The translations under genes were made by a program, and so were the position numbers. The notes beneath the pieces are model-generated. The model was not told where the DNA came from and ran no database searches. It was given only the letters and a program-made list of their open reading frames with translations. Of a DNA stretch of 64,000 nt, positions 48,154 to 58,712 are shown one piece after another. Source of the stretch: an uncultured Elusimicrobia bacterium (lineage in GTDB: Bacteria; Elusimicrobiota; Elusimicrobia; 2-01-FULL-59-12); NCBI GenBank assembly GCA_963702895.1, contig OY969767.1, forward strand, positions 234,506 to 298,505. Reading direction: 5' to 3'. The number at the start of each line of letters is the position of its first letter. Within the stretch, counting starts at the first letter, position 1.

Positions 48154-49740
48154 TTAGGTTCGGGTGTTCGCGGTCGCGCCGCCTGGCGACGGCGTGCCTT
48201 GCCGCAGAGACAACGAGACCCCCAAGATGTCCAAGAGCATGTCCGCTTTCCGGGACAAGGATTGGCGTTCGAGCGACAGGTCCCCCACATCGTCGGGGAC
48301 CCAGAGGTTGCATTGGGAACCTTTTCTTTCGATGGTGAGGGTGTTGCATTTCTGCTGATGGCTCGCGTCAAGGCCTTCCGCAACGCGCAGCAGGGCAGAA
48401 AGCTTCGAGACGATCGAACGATCCGCGCGTGGCAGAGCAATATAGTTGGGATGGGTCAGTTTGGGCTGGGAGCGACGATGGTAGCGGGCGACGTTCGCCA
48501 CAATATCCTTATCCGCTTTGCGCAGCCCAAAAATCTCAGCGGATTGGATCAGGTACGCGCTGTGCTTATGATGGCTGGAAGCGGCGATGAAACTCCCGAT
48601 GTCATGCAGGTGGGCCGCGACCTCAAGCAGTAAGCGCTCCCGCGGTCCGAGGCCATGGTCTTGCTGGAGCGCCTCAAAGAGCTTCAAGGCGATGGCCGCG
48701 ACATTCTGGGCATGGGTTTCGTCGTAGTGGTATTTCTTTCCCAGATTTTTGGCAGAGCGGATGACTTGCCGGGAAAGATCGGTGCGCTTATTGCCGGAGA
48801 TGAGTTGCGCCATCTCGAGGAGCAGGCCGTCACGAATGCTCACCATCGGCGCAAGGATCTTTTCGGCTTTGGTTTCAGCCAGAAAATTAGCGTAGAGGAG
48901 AAGGGACGCATAAAGCGTTTCCGCATCCGTATAGGGGATGCCGTAGGTCTCGGAGATTTCTTCGGCCGGCATCTTCGAGAGCGATTTAAGAAAGTCCGTG
49001 AAGTCCTTGGCGGAGAAGGTGGCCAGGGGCCCCGCGTCCTTATTCGCTATCTCTTTGGCGATAAAGCGCATGCTCGCGCCCAGTGCGATGAAACAGTCGA
49101 CGCTCCCCAAGTCAAATTCCCGGCGGAATTCATCAGCGATGGCGCTCACGCGGCGCTTGAGAATTCTCTGCAGAATCGCGGGATCGAGCTTCTCGGTTTC
49201 CGCTTGCTCAGGCAACCGGAGGGAGCCAATCGGCAAGGTTCTCGTGAGGGAGACCTCGCCTGAGAGCATGGCCATGAACTCGGTGCTCCCTGTGCCCACT
49301 TCAATGATCAGGCTGTTGTGCTGTTCAAGGTCAAAGCGCCCTTGAAGGGCGTGCTCAACGGCGATGAGGCCGAGGCGATTCTCCTCCGCCCCTTCGATGA
49401 TTTCCACGTCAATGCCTGTGCGCACGAAGACCTGATCGATGAAGTTGTCGCGGTTGTTCGCTTCACGAACGGCGCTCGTGGCGATGGCGTGCATGCGCTT
49501 GACGCCGTAGCTGTCCAAAATGGATTTGAAGTTGATGAGGATCTCAAGCCCTCGCCGGATCGTGCCGGGCGCAAGTCGGCCCGTCTTGAAAACATCTTTC
49601 CCGAAAGGGACCGCTTGCTGAAGGTTTTCAAGGTATCGAATGCTCAGATTGGGCCCGAGTTCCGCGACGACCGTGCGGATGGCGCTTGAGCCAATGTCGA
49701 TGACAGCAGCGATTTCAGTGCCGGCGGCGTCCTGGGCCAT
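48154..49740 (-). CDS. ppx: exopolyphosphatase Ppx/GppA with C-terminal HD domain
   Basis: AVIDIGSSAIRTVVAE (ASKHA N-terminus) and an HD motif HLHDIG. Confidence 0.9.
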   Translation of the reverse strand: MAQDAAGTEIAAVIDIGSSAIRTVVAELGPNLSIRYLENLQQAVPFGKDVFKTGRLAPGTIRRGLEILINFKSILDSYGVKRMHAIATSAVREANNRDNFIDQVFVRTGIDVEIIEGAEENRLGLIAVEHALQGRFDLEQHNSLIIEVGTGSTEFMAMLSGEVSLTRTLPIGSLRLPEQAETEKLDPAILQRILKRRVSAIADEFRREFDLGSVDCFIALGASMRFIAKEIANKDAGPLATFSAKDFTDFLKSLSKMPAEEISETYGIPYTDAETLYASLLLYANFLAETKAEKILAPMVSIRDGLLLEMAQLISGNKRTDLSRQVIRSAKNLGKKYHYDETHAQNVAAIALKLFEALQQDHGLGPRERLLLEVAAHLHDIGSFIAASSHHKHSAYLIQSAEIFGLRKADKDIVANVARYHRRSQPKLTHPNYIALPRADRSIVSKLSALLRVAEGLDASHQQKCNTLTIERKGSQCNLWVPDDVGDLSLERQSLSRKADMLLDILGVSLSLRQGTPSPGGATANTRT

Positions 49741-50726
49741 CAGTCCTCCCCTCCGAAACGGTCCCAGGCCCGTTTGGCCGCGCCCATGGCAATCGCGTAG
49801 TCGCCGAGCTTGGCGGCCGTCACTTTCACCTGGCGCGCCAGTGCCGGCATGGCTTGAGCTTTCATGGACCGGGTCGCTTCTTGCACGATGAGACGGGGCA
49901 TGGCTTCGATCAAACCACCGCCTAAGACAATCATTTCAGGGTTGAGAATGTTCACCAGATCCGCCATGACGCGTCCGATCACGCGGGACTTTCGCAAGAG
50001 CAGCTCGTAAATGCCCCGGTCTCCCGCACGCAGAGCTTCCGCCAGCTGTCCGCTCTTGATATCGAGGATGTCCGTGCCGGCGGTTTCAAGCAGAACAGGC
50101 GCCACTTGTCGGGCGGCGAGTGCCGCCGCTTCGGTGGCGATGGAGAGTCTCGAGCAGAGCGATTCAAAACACCCCTGGCGTCCGCAGCCGCAGCGCGCCC
50201 CATCGCGATCGATCTGCACATGGCCAATTTCCCCGGCGCCTCCGGTGGCGCCGCCATAGAGTTGACCATTGAGGATGAGCGCGCCTCCAATGCCGGTGCC
50301 GATGAAAAGCCCCACGACGTGGTTTGATCCCTTTGCCGCGCCAAATTGATGTTCCCCAAAGAGGCCAATATTCACATCGTTGCCGAGGACGACGGGAAGA
50401 CCCAGCCGTTTGGTTATTTTGGCGGCCAGAGGGAATCGTTTCAAAAATCCCAGATTGGGCGAGGAGATGACGCGGCCGCGCCTTTCATCGATGAGCCCCG
50501 GACAGCCCATGCCGATCCCGGTCACTTCGGCCTTTCGGATGCCGCGGTGGCTGAGGAGTTCCTCGAAAGTCTCCGTAAGGTTATTCAGAAAAAATCGTTC
50601 ACCCTTCTGGGGTTTGCTGCGGGCCTTCACTTCGAAGAGAGGTCGAAACGCGCGATCGTAGAGAACGGCGAGAATTTTTGTTCCGCCCAGATCGCAACCG
50701 ATGACATAGCGTTTCTTATTGCCCAT
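49740..50726 (-). CDS. ROK family sugar kinase (candidate polyphosphate/ATP glucokinase)
   Basis: VIGCDLGGTKILAV and the ROK Cys/His signature GHVQIDRDGARCGCGRQGCFE. Confidence 0.8.
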   Translation of the reverse strand: MGNKKRYVIGCDLGGTKILAVLYDRAFRPLFEVKARSKPQKGERFFLNNLTETFEELLSHRGIRKAEVTGIGMGCPGLIDERRGRVISSPNLGFLKRFPLAAKITKRLGLPVVLGNDVNIGLFGEHQFGAAKGSNHVVGLFIGTGIGGALILNGQLYGGATGGAGEIGHVQIDRDGARCGCGRQGCFESLCSRLSIATEAAALAARQVAPVLLETAGTDILDIKSGQLAEALRAGDRGIYELLLRKSRVIGRVMADLVNILNPEMIVLGGGLIEAMPRLIVQEATRSMKAQAMPALARQVKVTAAKLGDYAIAMGAAKRAWDRFGGED

Positions 50727-50817
50727 CAAGGACCTTCCCAATGCCCGTTAAGGAGGGCGCGTTTCTCGAGGGTATTATAGCTTCCCGGGGATGGCCAATG
50801 GGACGGCTTTTGTGCCC

Positions 50818-51507
50818 TTAAGCGGTCTTCTCTGGTTCGGGCTTTTGGTGTCCTTCCGAGTGGTGGCGGATATCCTTCCCGGCGACGACAAACACCACAT
50901 CTTCCGAGATATTGGTGGCGTGATCGGCGATGCGCTCGAGATTTCGGGCGATGAGGATCAAGTCGATCGCCCGCTTGATCGTGGCGGGATCGGAAATCAT
51001 ATAGGTGAGGAGCTCGCGAAAGACCTGTTCCTTAAGTTCGTCGACTTGGTCGTCCCGTACCAGGACCGAACGCGCGAGATTCTCGTCACGGTTCACGAAG
51101 GAGTCCAGGGCGTCTTTGAGCATTTTGCTGGCTATTTGGGCCATGCGCGGCACATCGATCAGGGGTTTGAGCGCCGGCTCCTGAAGCAAATACTCGGTCG
51201 TCTGGCTGATGTTGACCGCCTGGTCGCCGATGCGTTCCAAGTCCGAATTGATTTTCATGGCGGCGGTGATAAAACGGAGGTCGGAAGCGGTGGGCTGGTG
51301 CAGGGCGATCATCTGCAGGCAACGCTCATCAATTTCGATTTGAAGTTTGTTGACCTCGTCTTCTTGTCGGTACACTTCTTGGGTCAGTTCTTTCTTGCGG
51401 TCGGTGAGCGCCTTGATGGCGATATGGATCATGGTCTCGGTGAGACTGCCCATGTAGAGGATGCGTTCCTTGAGCTGCTGTAAATCCTGGTCAAAATGTC
51501 TTTCCAT
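50818..51507 (-). CDS. phoU: phosphate transport system regulator PhoU (copy 1)
   Basis: [17 protein letters not shown]... PhoU repeats. RBS AGGAAAGGAA. The track start at 51582 runs through REP copy 7. Confidence 0.9.
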   Translation of the reverse strand: MERHFDQDLQQLKERILYMGSLTETMIHIAIKALTDRKKELTQEVYRQEDEVNKLQIEIDERCLQMIALHQPTASDLRFITAAMKINSDLERIGDQAVNISQTTEYLLQEPALKPLIDVPRMAQIASKMLKDALDSFVNRDENLARSVLVRDDQVDELKEQVFRELLTYMISDPATIKRAIDLILIARNLERIADHATNISEDVVFVVAGKDIRHHSEGHQKPEPEKTA

Positions 51508-51522
51508 AGTTCCTTTCCTTTC

Positions 51523-51593
51523 GTCATCCCCCGCGGACGTAAGCGGGGGATCCATCGGTGGATGGACCCCGGCTAACGACATGCCTGGGTGAC
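51523..51593. repeat. REP-like element copy 7 (degenerate)
   Basis: gtcatcccccgcggacgtaagcgggggatccatcggtggatggaccccggctaacgacatgcctgggtgac, between pstB1 and phoU1 inside the operon. Confidence 0.75.
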
Positions 51594-51603
51594 ACCCTAG
51601 TCG

Positions 51604-52407
51604 TTACCCAAAACGGCCTGTGATGTAGTCTTCCGTGCGTTGGTCGCGGGGTGTCGTAAATAGAGTCCGGGTGTTGCCGAATTCGACCAACTCCCCCAAG
51701 AGCATAAAGCCCGCGCAATCTGAAACACGCGCTGCTTGCTGCATGTTGTGCGTCACGATCACGATAGTGTATTTTTCTTTTAAGGCGATCATCAGCTCCT
51801 CAATTCGCGCTGTCGCGATAGGATCGAGGGCCGAGCAGGGTTCGTCCATCAGCAGCACGTCAGGTTCTGTCGCCAGCAGCCGCGAAATACAAAGCCGTTG
51901 CTGTTGTTCTGGTGAAAGGCTCAGGGCCGATTCGCGAAGGCGACCTTTCACTTCCGTCCAGAGACCGGTGTGCGTTAAGCACCGCTCCACAAGGCCCTCC
52001 AAAGGGCCAAACGTTCGCAGGTTGTGAATGCGCGGCCCATACGCGACATTCTCGAAGATGGACAGAGGAAAGGGATTGGGCCTTTGAAAGACCATGCCGA
52101 CCTTCTTGCGTAGTGCGGCCAAGGCCATGGCTTTCCCATAAACGTCCTGACCGTCCAAGGAGACCCGTCCTTCGATGCGAACACCTTCAATCAGGTCATT
52201 CATCCTGTTGAATGTGCGAAGGAGCGTCGACTTCCCGCAACCTGAAGGGCCGATCATCGCGGTGATGGCTTGGGAAGGTATTCGTATCGAAACATTGATG
52301 AGGGCCTGGAAGGCGTTATAGAAAAGATTAAGCCCCACGGTCTCTAGCTTGGGTGTCATGGCAAGAGAAGTGTGGTTTTTCATGAACGGCGCTTGCGTCG
52401 TGATCAT
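51604..52407 (-). CDS. pstB: phosphate ABC transporter ATP-binding protein PstB (copy 1)
   Basis: [45 protein letters not shown]. Confidence 0.95.
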   Translation of the reverse strand: MITTQAPFMKNHTSLAMTPKLETVGLNLFYNAFQALINVSIRIPSQAITAMIGPSGCGKSTLLRTFNRMNDLIEGVRIEGRVSLDGQDVYGKAMALAALRKKVGMVFQRPNPFPLSIFENVAYGPRIHNLRTFGPLEGLVERCLTHTGLWTEVKGRLRESALSLSPEQQQRLCISRLLATEPDVLLMDEPCSALDPIATARIEELMIALKEKYTIVIVTHNMQQAARVSDCAGFMLLGELVEFGNTRTLFTTPRDQRTEDYITGRFG

Positions 52408-53204
52408 CCAAATCGACCTGTGATATAAGCTTCGGTTCTGGGGTCTTTCGGGTTCGTGAACAGGGTTGCCGTCGAGTCCGCCTCCACCATCTCTCCCATG
52501 AGAAGGAAGACGGTCCGGTCCGAAACACGGGAGGCTTGTTTCACATTGTTGGTCACGAGCACCACTCCGATTTCTGTTTTTAAGTCCGTGAGCGCTTCTT
52601 CAATCTTGGCGGTGGAAATGGGGTCCAGTCCCGAGCAGGGCTCATCCAACAGCAGGACATCCGGTTCGACCATCAGAGAGCGTGCCAGGCAGAGACGTTG
52701 TTGTTGGCCGCCGGAAAGATTGCCGGCCTTTTCGTGTAACCGGTCTTTCACTTCCTCCCACAAAGAAGCGCGCGTGAGACACTTTTCCATCATCTCGCGG
52801 AGTGCTTGGGGTGTCGTGGACCGATGCAAGTGAGGGCCGAAGGCCAAATTCTCATAAATCGACATCGGCAAAGAGATCGGGACAGAGAAGACAATTCCTA
52901 CGCGGCGCCGAATTTCCACCACGTCAACCCCCGCGCCGTAGACCGCTTGGCCAGCCAAGAAAAGCTCTCCTGAGACGCGAAGCTCTTTGTCCAGATCAAT
53001 CATGCGATTGAGGGCCCTCAGGAGGGTGGTTTTGCCGCTCCCCGCGGGCCCGATGACGGAAAGCAGTTCGCCGATGCGTATTTGGATGGAGATCGGCTGC
53101 AGAAGCGGTTTCCCTTGACAAGAGACGGCGAGCCCCTTCGTTTCCATGAGGGGAGAATTCATCGCGACGCTCTCAACTTCCGCCTGATCTTGGAGCGTAT
53201 CCAT
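52404..53204 (-). CDS. pstB: phosphate ABC transporter ATP-binding protein PstB (copy 2, tandem)
   Basis: [35 protein letters not shown]. Confidence 0.9.
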   Translation of the reverse strand: MDTLQDQAEVESVAMNSPLMETKGLAVSCQGKPLLQPISIQIRIGELLSVIGPAGSGKTTLLRALNRMIDLDKELRVSGELFLAGQAVYGAGVDVVEIRRRVGIVFSVPISLPMSIYENLAFGPHLHRSTTPQALREMMEKCLTRASLWEEVKDRLHEKAGNLSGGQQQRLCLARSLMVEPDVLLLDEPCSGLDPISTAKIEEALTDLKTEIGVVLVTNNVKQASRVSDRTVFLLMGEMVEADSTATLFTNPKDPRTEAYITGRFG

Positions 53205-54049
53205 ATGGCCGTAAAGTTGAGGGCGAAGGTCACGGCCAAAAGCACAAAGACGGTCGCATAGAGTATCGGCTTGGTCGCCTCGACGTCTGGTGATTGGGTT
53301 GCCATGACGTAGATGTGGTAACCCATTTCCATGAATTGATCATTAAGTTTCTTAGGAAGGTAGGGAAGGTAATAAGCCGCTCCTGTAAAAAGGATCGGGG
53401 CCACTTCGCCAGCGCCCCGGCTGATCGCGAGGATCCCACCCGTGAGCATGCCGCCCACAGCCTGGGGAAGAACGATTTTGCGTATCATTTGGAGGCGTGT
53501 GGCGCCCAGGGAATACGCCACCTCACGAAAAGAGACAGGTATCGCGCGAAGCGATTCTTCTGTCGCGACCACTACGGTGGGCAGCGTAAGGAGCGCCATG
53601 GTGAGCGCGGCCCATAGGATCGCAGGCTGGCCCCAGACCATGGCCCCACCGAAAAAGAACCGGTCGATCCCCCGCCCCACGAACTGGATAAAAAATCCTA
53701 ATCCAAAGAGCCCGTATACGATGGCGGGCACACCAGCAAGGTTCTGGATGGCCAATCGGACGAGCTCCACCAGGCGAGAGCCTTTCGGCGCGTATTCATG
53801 GAGATAGATCGCTGTCATCACGCCAAGGGGAATGACAAAAAGGGTCATGAGCGTCACCAGAAAAAGGGTCCCGAAAATGGCCGGGAAAATACCGCCGGCG
53901 GTCATGCCCAGCTCGGGGGAACTCACGAGGAATTTCCAGCTCAGCATGGCCCAACCGTGGATGGCGATATTGCCGAGAATAAGCGCCACCATGATGACGA
54001 TGGCCAAGGCGCAGAGGCCGGTGAGCGCGACAAAGGCTTTCCCGATCAT
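53159..54049 (-). CDS. pstA: phosphate ABC transporter permease PstA (copy 1)
   Basis: EESLRAIPVSFREVAYSLGATRLQ. Start MIGKAFVAL overlaps the pstC stop as TAATG. The track N-terminal extension overlaps pstC. Confidence 0.9.
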   Translation of the reverse strand: MIGKAFVALTGLCALAIVIMVALILGNIAIHGWAMLSWKFLVSSPELGMTAGGIFPAIFGTLFLVTLMTLFVIPLGVMTAIYLHEYAPKGSRLVELVRLAIQNLAGVPAIVYGLFGLGFFIQFVGRGIDRFFFGGAMVWGQPAILWAALTMALLTLPTVVVATEESLRAIPVSFREVAYSLGATRLQMIRKIVLPQAVGGMLTGGILAISRGAGEVAPILFTGAAYYLPYLPKKLNDQFMEMGYHIYVMATQSPDVEATKPILYATVFVLLAVTFALNFTAIWIRSKIRRKLRASR

Positions 54050-54936
54050 TACACGCCCAGCACTTTCTTTTGGAGACGCTTCACGAACCAATGCCCAAAG
54101 AGGTTCAGGACGAAAGTAAAGATAAAGAGCATCGTTCCCACAAAAAAGAGGGTGTGGTAATGCGCGCTCCCCACAACCACCTCGCCTAGTTCCGCTGCGA
54201 TCGTGGCCGAAAGCGTCCGGATGGGTTTCTCGAGTGTCCACGTGTAAACGGGCGCGTTGCCTGAAGACATGAGGACAATCATGGTCTCCCCGATCGCGCG
54301 GCCGAATCCCAGGACGCAAGCGGCCAGAATCCCGGGCAGCGCCGCGGGGAAGACGACGCGCCAGGCGGTTTGCCAGCTCGAGGCTCCCATCGCGATGGAC
54401 GCTTCGCGGTAGCTGCGTGGAACAGCCGTGAGCGCGTCATCGGCCACCGTGAAAACGATCGGAATGACGGCCAGCCCAAGAGCAATGCCGGCATTGATGG
54501 CGTTCAGTCGGTAGACGACTCCAAAGAGGTTTTGGACATAGCTGGCCATGACCATGAGGGCGAAAAAACCAAGCACGACCGACGGGATGCCGGCCAAGAG
54601 TTCGATCACGGGTTTCAGGACCTCTTTCATCCAGTTGGGCGCGAATTCCGACGTGAAGAGCGCCGCCCCTAGCGCCAAAGGGGTCGCAAAGAGCATGGCG
54701 ACAAAGGTCGCCTTGAGCGTCCCAATAAACAGGGGATAAAGGGAATATTTTGGAATGAGAGACACAGGTTGCCAGGAAAAGCGTCCATCTTGCGGAAGAA
54801 ATAACAGGCGCCAATTCGATTCTTTTTGGATTTCTTCAGAGAGTAAGATCGGGAGCGCTTCTTTGCCGATAAAGACGAAAATGAGGAGCAGCCCGATGAT
54901 GGCGACAAAAGCGCTGGCATAAATCACGCCCTCCAC
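54049..54936 (-). CDS. pstC: phosphate ABC transporter permease PstC (copy 1), start approximate
   Basis: Permease motif AIGETMIVLMSSGNA. The track start at 55059 overlaps the pstS1 3' end by 75 nt, so the true start is probably an internal GTG near 54927-54936. Confidence 0.85.
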   Translation of the reverse strand: MEGVIYASAFVAIIGLLLIFVFIGKEALPILLSEEIQKESNWRLLFLPQDGRFSWQPVSLIPKYSLYPLFIGTLKATFVAMLFATPLALGAALFTSEFAPNWMKEVLKPVIELLAGIPSVVLGFFALMVMASYVQNLFGVVYRLNAINAGIALGLAVIPIVFTVADDALTAVPRSYREASIAMGASSWQTAWRVVFPAALPGILAACVLGFGRAIGETMIVLMSSGNAPVYTWTLEKPIRTLSATIAAELGEVVVGSAHYHTLFFVGTMLFIFTFVLNLFGHWFVKRLQKKVLGV

Positions 54937-54983
54937 GAGGGCTTCGATCCAGGCTAGGCGTGAAGGTTGTGACGGAGCGCTTG

Positions 54984-55967
54984 CTAGCGGTGCCGCTTGG
55001 CGAGGGGAAAGTATCCCACCTCTTGGCATATCTTCTGTCCTTCTGGTCCCAGGACCCAATCGATAAAGGTCTTTGCGTTTCCTTCAGGCTTGCCTGCGAT
55101 ATAAAAAAAGAGAGAGCGCGAAAGAGGATACGTTCCACGTTCCACGTTCCCCATCGATGGCGCAAGCGCGGGGCTTTTGTCATCCTTGCTCACCTTGAGG
55201 AGCTTGGTCCCTTTCGAGTAGGCAATACCCCCGTATCCGATGGCGCGCTTGTCTTTACTGACGGCGTTGATGACAGCCGCAGTGCCTGGCAAACTCAGGA
55301 CATCCGGGGCGAAATCCTCATTTTTAAGAACATGTTCTTTGAAGAAGGCGTACGTGCCCGAGTTGTTTTCTCGGCCGTAGGCCACAATGGGCCCAAGCGG
55401 AGAGCCCAGCTCTTCCCAACGCGTCATTTGGCCGGTGTAAATGGCCATGAGTTGCGGCATCGAAATGCTCTCAATTGGATTTAGCTCGTCCACATAAACC
55501 GACAGACCGTCCAAAGCGACGGCAATTTCGCTCACGTCTCGGCCACGCTTCGCTTTGACCGTCGCTTTTTCTTCCGCCTTCATCGGTCGTGATGCCTGGG
55601 CGATGTCCGTCCCTCCATTAATGAGTGCTGCGATCCCGGTGCCAGAGCCACCGCCGGTCACCTGCACAACGGTCTCCGGGTGGGTCTTCATATAGGTCTC
55701 AGCCCATCGCTGAGCGAGGATGACCATGGTGTCGGAGCCCTTGATGGTGATCGATGCCGCTGCTTGTGCGGGAGCCGCTGCCGAAATCATAACCAGGAAG
55801 AAGGCGACCAGGCGGACCGCCCATCCGCCTCCGCACGGCACCACGCGCTCAGCGCGTGGGGGAATGCTTCGGCGGATGTCCGCCGTAGCCTTGGCGAAGG
55901 CGGTCATAAAAAGATGCCACGGGCTCTGCCCGTGGGGCTGCCATTTTGAAAGACAACATAGTCTCAT
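54984..55967 (-). CDS. pstS: phosphate-binding protein PstS (copy 1)
   Basis: SITIKGSDTM...GGGSGTGIAALINGGTDIAQASRPM. Start MRLCCLS at 55967 has the RBS aaaggggga. The track start at 56048 would lie inside the Pho-box array. Confidence 0.85.
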   Translation of the reverse strand: MRLCCLSKWQPHGQSPWHLFMTAFAKATADIRRSIPPRAERVVPCGGGWAVRLVAFFLVMISAAAPAQAAASITIKGSDTMVILAQRWAETYMKTHPETVVQVTGGGSGTGIAALINGGTDIAQASRPMKAEEKATVKAKRGRDVSEIAVALDGLSVYVDELNPIESISMPQLMAIYTGQMTRWEELGSPLGPIVAYGRENNSGTYAFFKEHVLKNEDFAPDVLSLPGTAAVINAVSKDKRAIGYGGIAYSKGTKLLKVSKDDKSPALAPSMGNVERGTYPLSRSLFFYIAGKPEGNAKTFIDWVLGPEGQKICQEVGYFPLAKRHR

Positions 55968-55985
55968 AACGTCCCCCTTTTTCCC

Positions 55986-56044
55986 ATTGTAGTTGCGGTC
56001 GGTGACATCAAGATGACAAGTACGTGACAACCGTATGACATGGT
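55986..56044 (-). promoter_or_regulatory. PhoB-type Pho-box array (four 11-bp-phased TGTCA(T/C) repeats, equal to two Pho boxes) plus TACAAT -10 element upstream of pstS1
   Basis: Minus strand reads ATGTCATacggTTGTCACgtacTTGTCATcttgaTGTCACcgaccgcaacTACAAT. Confidence 0.7.
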
Positions 56045-56135
56045 ACAAGATCCTCTCTCGGGGGTGCCATTGTTCAGCGCGTGTTGGATGTGGTCAGAAC
56101 AGAATGCAGACTCTTAGCCGGGAAACTGCAGTTGC

Positions 56136-56220
56136 CGTCACCCCGGCGGATTGTTAGCCGGGGTCTATCATCGACGTAAAAATATGATGGATCCCCCCCT
56201 TACGACCGGGGGGGATGACG
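56136..56220. repeat. REP-like element copy 8
   Basis: gtcaccccggcggattgttagccggggtctatcat...atgatggatccccccttacgaccgggggggatgacgg. The first arm is identical to copy 4. Confidence 0.85.
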
Positions 56221-56326
56221 GTACAAAAAAGTCCCGACGTCTCAGTCGATAAAGAACGTTCAACAGAACTTTTCCGGTTAGTGATGAAGGGCTGCGGTCG
56301 CGGGTTCGGGAGAGTCGGTCGAGGCG

Positions 56327-57007
56327 CTAGGGAGTCGGGAGAGCAACTTGACTCTCCGCATGGTGGCGGATATCTTTTCCTGCAATCACAAAGACAACGT
56401 CCTCAGCGATGTTCGTGGCATGGTCGGCGATGCGTTCCAGGTTTCGCGAAATCAGGATGAGATCAATCGCGCGCTTGATGGTGGTTGGGTCTGAGATCAT
56501 ATAGGTCAAGAGTTCCCGAAAGACTTGCAGCTTGAGATCGTCCACCTGATCGTCGCGGACCAGAACCGAACGAGCGAGATTCTCATCCCGATTAACAAAC
56601 GAGTCCAGAGCGTCTTTCAACATGGCGCTGGCGATTTGTGCCATGCGCGGGACATCGATCAGGGGCTTCAGCGGTGGCTCTTCCAAGAGATATTCTGTTG
56701 TCTGGCTGATATTGACCGCTTGATCGCCGATTCGTTCGAGGTCCGAATTGATTTTCATCGCGGCGGTGATAAACCGGAGATCAGACGCCGCGGGCTGGTG
56801 GAGGGCGATCATCCGGAGGCACCGCTCATCGATCTCAATCTGGAGTTTGTTGACGTCCTCTTCCTGCCGGTATACGGTTCGGGTCAGTTCGCGCTTGCGC
56901 TCGGTCAGAGCTTTGATGGCGATATGGATCATGGTCTCCGTCAGGCTCCCCATCGAAAGGATGCGCTCTTTAACCTGCTGTAAATCCTGGTCAAAATGTC
57001 GTTCCAT
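56327..57007 (-). CDS. phoU: phosphate transport system regulator PhoU (copy 2)
   Basis: [34 protein letters not shown]... is nearly identical to copy 1. RBS GGGAGG. Stop/start TAATG overlap with pstB. Confidence 0.9.
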   Translation of the reverse strand: MERHFDQDLQQVKERILSMGSLTETMIHIAIKALTERKRELTRTVYRQEEDVNKLQIEIDERCLRMIALHQPAASDLRFITAAMKINSDLERIGDQAVNISQTTEYLLEEPPLKPLIDVPRMAQIASAMLKDALDSFVNRDENLARSVLVRDDQVDDLKLQVFRELLTYMISDPTTIKRAIDLILISRNLERIADHATNIAEDVVFVIAGKDIRHHAESQVALPTP

Positions 57008-57810
57008 TATCCGAACCTCCCTGTGATGTAATCTTCGGTAAGTGGGTTAGAAGGGTTTGTGAAAATCTTTTCCGTCCGGTCGAATTCGGCGAGCCCCCCC
57101 AGGTACATGAAGCCGGTGTAGTCGGAGATTCGCCCTGCTTGTTGCATATTGTGCGTGACGATGAGGATTGTGACCTTCTTTTTAAGCTCACTGATCAGTT
57201 CTTCGATCTTGGCTGTCGCGATCGGGTCTAGGGCGGAGGTCGGCTCATCAAAAAGGAGGATCTCCGGGTCTGTCGCCAGGGCGCGCGCGATACAGAGCCG
57301 CTGCTGCTGTCCCCCGGAAAGCGCGAACGCCTGCTGGTACAGACGGTCTTTGACCTCGTCCCACAAGGCTGCGTCGACGAGCGCTTTCTCAACACGGTCA
57401 TCCAGCTCCATTTTAGGCATAGACTCTCTGATCCTAACGCCATAGGCGACGTTCTCATGTATGGTTTTGGGAAAAGGATTCGGCTTTTGGAAGACCATGC
57501 TGGCGCGCATGCGAACCTCGATGGGATCAACCTCAGGCCCTACCAGATTCACATTATCGGGATGGAGAATGATTTCTCCCTCGTATCGGTTGCCAGGGTA
57601 GAGATCATGCATCCGGTTGAAGCAGCGCAGGAATGTTGTTTTGCCGCATCCGGAAGGTCCGATCAAGGCGGTCACTTTCTTTTCGGTGATGGTGACCGAT
57701 AGGTTTTTTAAGGCTTGGTAGTTGCCGTAATGGAAACTAAAGTCTCTCACTTCGGCCTTGATGCTCGTTGGGGTGGTCGCCGGTCTCTCCAGACGTTCTG
57801 TTCCTACCAT
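57007..57810 (-). CDS. pstB: phosphate ABC transporter ATP-binding protein PstB (copy 3)
   Basis: [35 protein letters not shown]. Confidence 0.95.
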   Translation of the reverse strand: MVGTERLERPATTPTSIKAEVRDFSFHYGNYQALKNLSVTITEKKVTALIGPSGCGKTTFLRCFNRMHDLYPGNRYEGEIILHPDNVNLVGPEVDPIEVRMRASMVFQKPNPFPKTIHENVAYGVRIRESMPKMELDDRVEKALVDAALWDEVKDRLYQQAFALSGGQQQRLCIARALATDPEILLFDEPTSALDPIATAKIEELISELKKKVTILIVTHNMQQAGRISDYTGFMYLGGLAEFDRTEKIFTNPSNPLTEDYITGRFG

Positions 57811-58712
57811 TTGATATTCCTCCGCGTGCGATAGCGCAAATAAATGGCCATGCCGTTCATGAGCAGCGTCATCGCCATGACCACCAGGCCTGCGGCCGCT
57901 GCGTTTAAATGAAAAGACGCCTGTGGTCGTGACACCCAGTTAAAAATCTGTATGGGCAAAACGGTGTAAGGTGAGCGGAGCCACTCGAACGAAAGAAAAG
58001 GGAACTGCCCTTGAATGGGCGAAGGCGGCAGAAAGGCGATGTAGGTCAGGGCGCCGATGGTGATCAGGGGCGCGCTCTCCCCTATGGCACGAGACAGGCC
58101 GATGATGACGCCCGTGAGGATGCCACCCGATGAGTAGGGGAGTACATGATGCTTGAGGGTTTGCCACCGGGTCGCGCCGAGGGCGTAGGCGGCTTCCCGG
58201 ATACTGCCAGGGATAGCGCGAACCGCTTCGCGCGTCGCGATAATGACAATGGGAAGAATCAAGAGCGCAAGCGTCAAGCCTGCCGTGATGACGCTTTGCC
58301 CAAGCCGGAATTGGTATACAAAGAGCCCTAAAGCCATCAGGCCATAGACGATAGACGGAACGCCGGCGAGATTGGCGATATTGATCTCAATCACGTGGGT
58401 GAGCCAGTTCTTGCGAGCATATTCTTCGAGATAAAGCCCGGCGGCGACCCCCAGAGGAACAGCGCTCAAAGCGGTCACGAGCATCACCACGAGCGTCCCC
58501 ACCCAGGCCGACAAGATTCCGGCTTTGTTGGCAAAACGCGACGGGTAGGAAAAGAAGAACTTAAGGGAAAGTCTCGGGAAGCCGTCCATGGCCAGATTGA
58601 TTAGAAGCGCCATTAAGGTCACCAGGCACACCAGGAGACAAATGAGTCCGAGAAAAGAAAAGGCCTTGTCCCACCGCTTTCTTCGTGAGATGCCGACGCG
58701 AAGGTCTTTCAT
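57804..58712 (-). CDS. pstA: phosphate ABC transporter permease PstA (copy 2)
   Basis: [26 protein letters not shown]. The true start [14 protein letters not shown] at 58712 overlaps the pstC2 stop as TGATG. The 260-aa track N-terminal extension overlaps pstC2 in another frame and is spurious. Confidence 0.9.
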   Translation of the reverse strand: MKDLRVGISRRKRWDKAFSFLGLICLLVCLVTLMALLINLAMDGFPRLSLKFFFSYPSRFANKAGILSAWVGTLVVMLVTALSAVPLGVAAGLYLEEYARKNWLTHVIEINIANLAGVPSIVYGLMALGLFVYQFRLGQSVITAGLTLALLILPIVIIATREAVRAIPGSIREAAYALGATRWQTLKHHVLPYSSGGILTGVIIGLSRAIGESAPLITIGALTYIAFLPPSPIQGQFPFLSFEWLRSPYTVLPIQIFNWVSRPQASFHLNAAAAGLVVMAMTLLMNGMAIYLRYRTRRNIKW

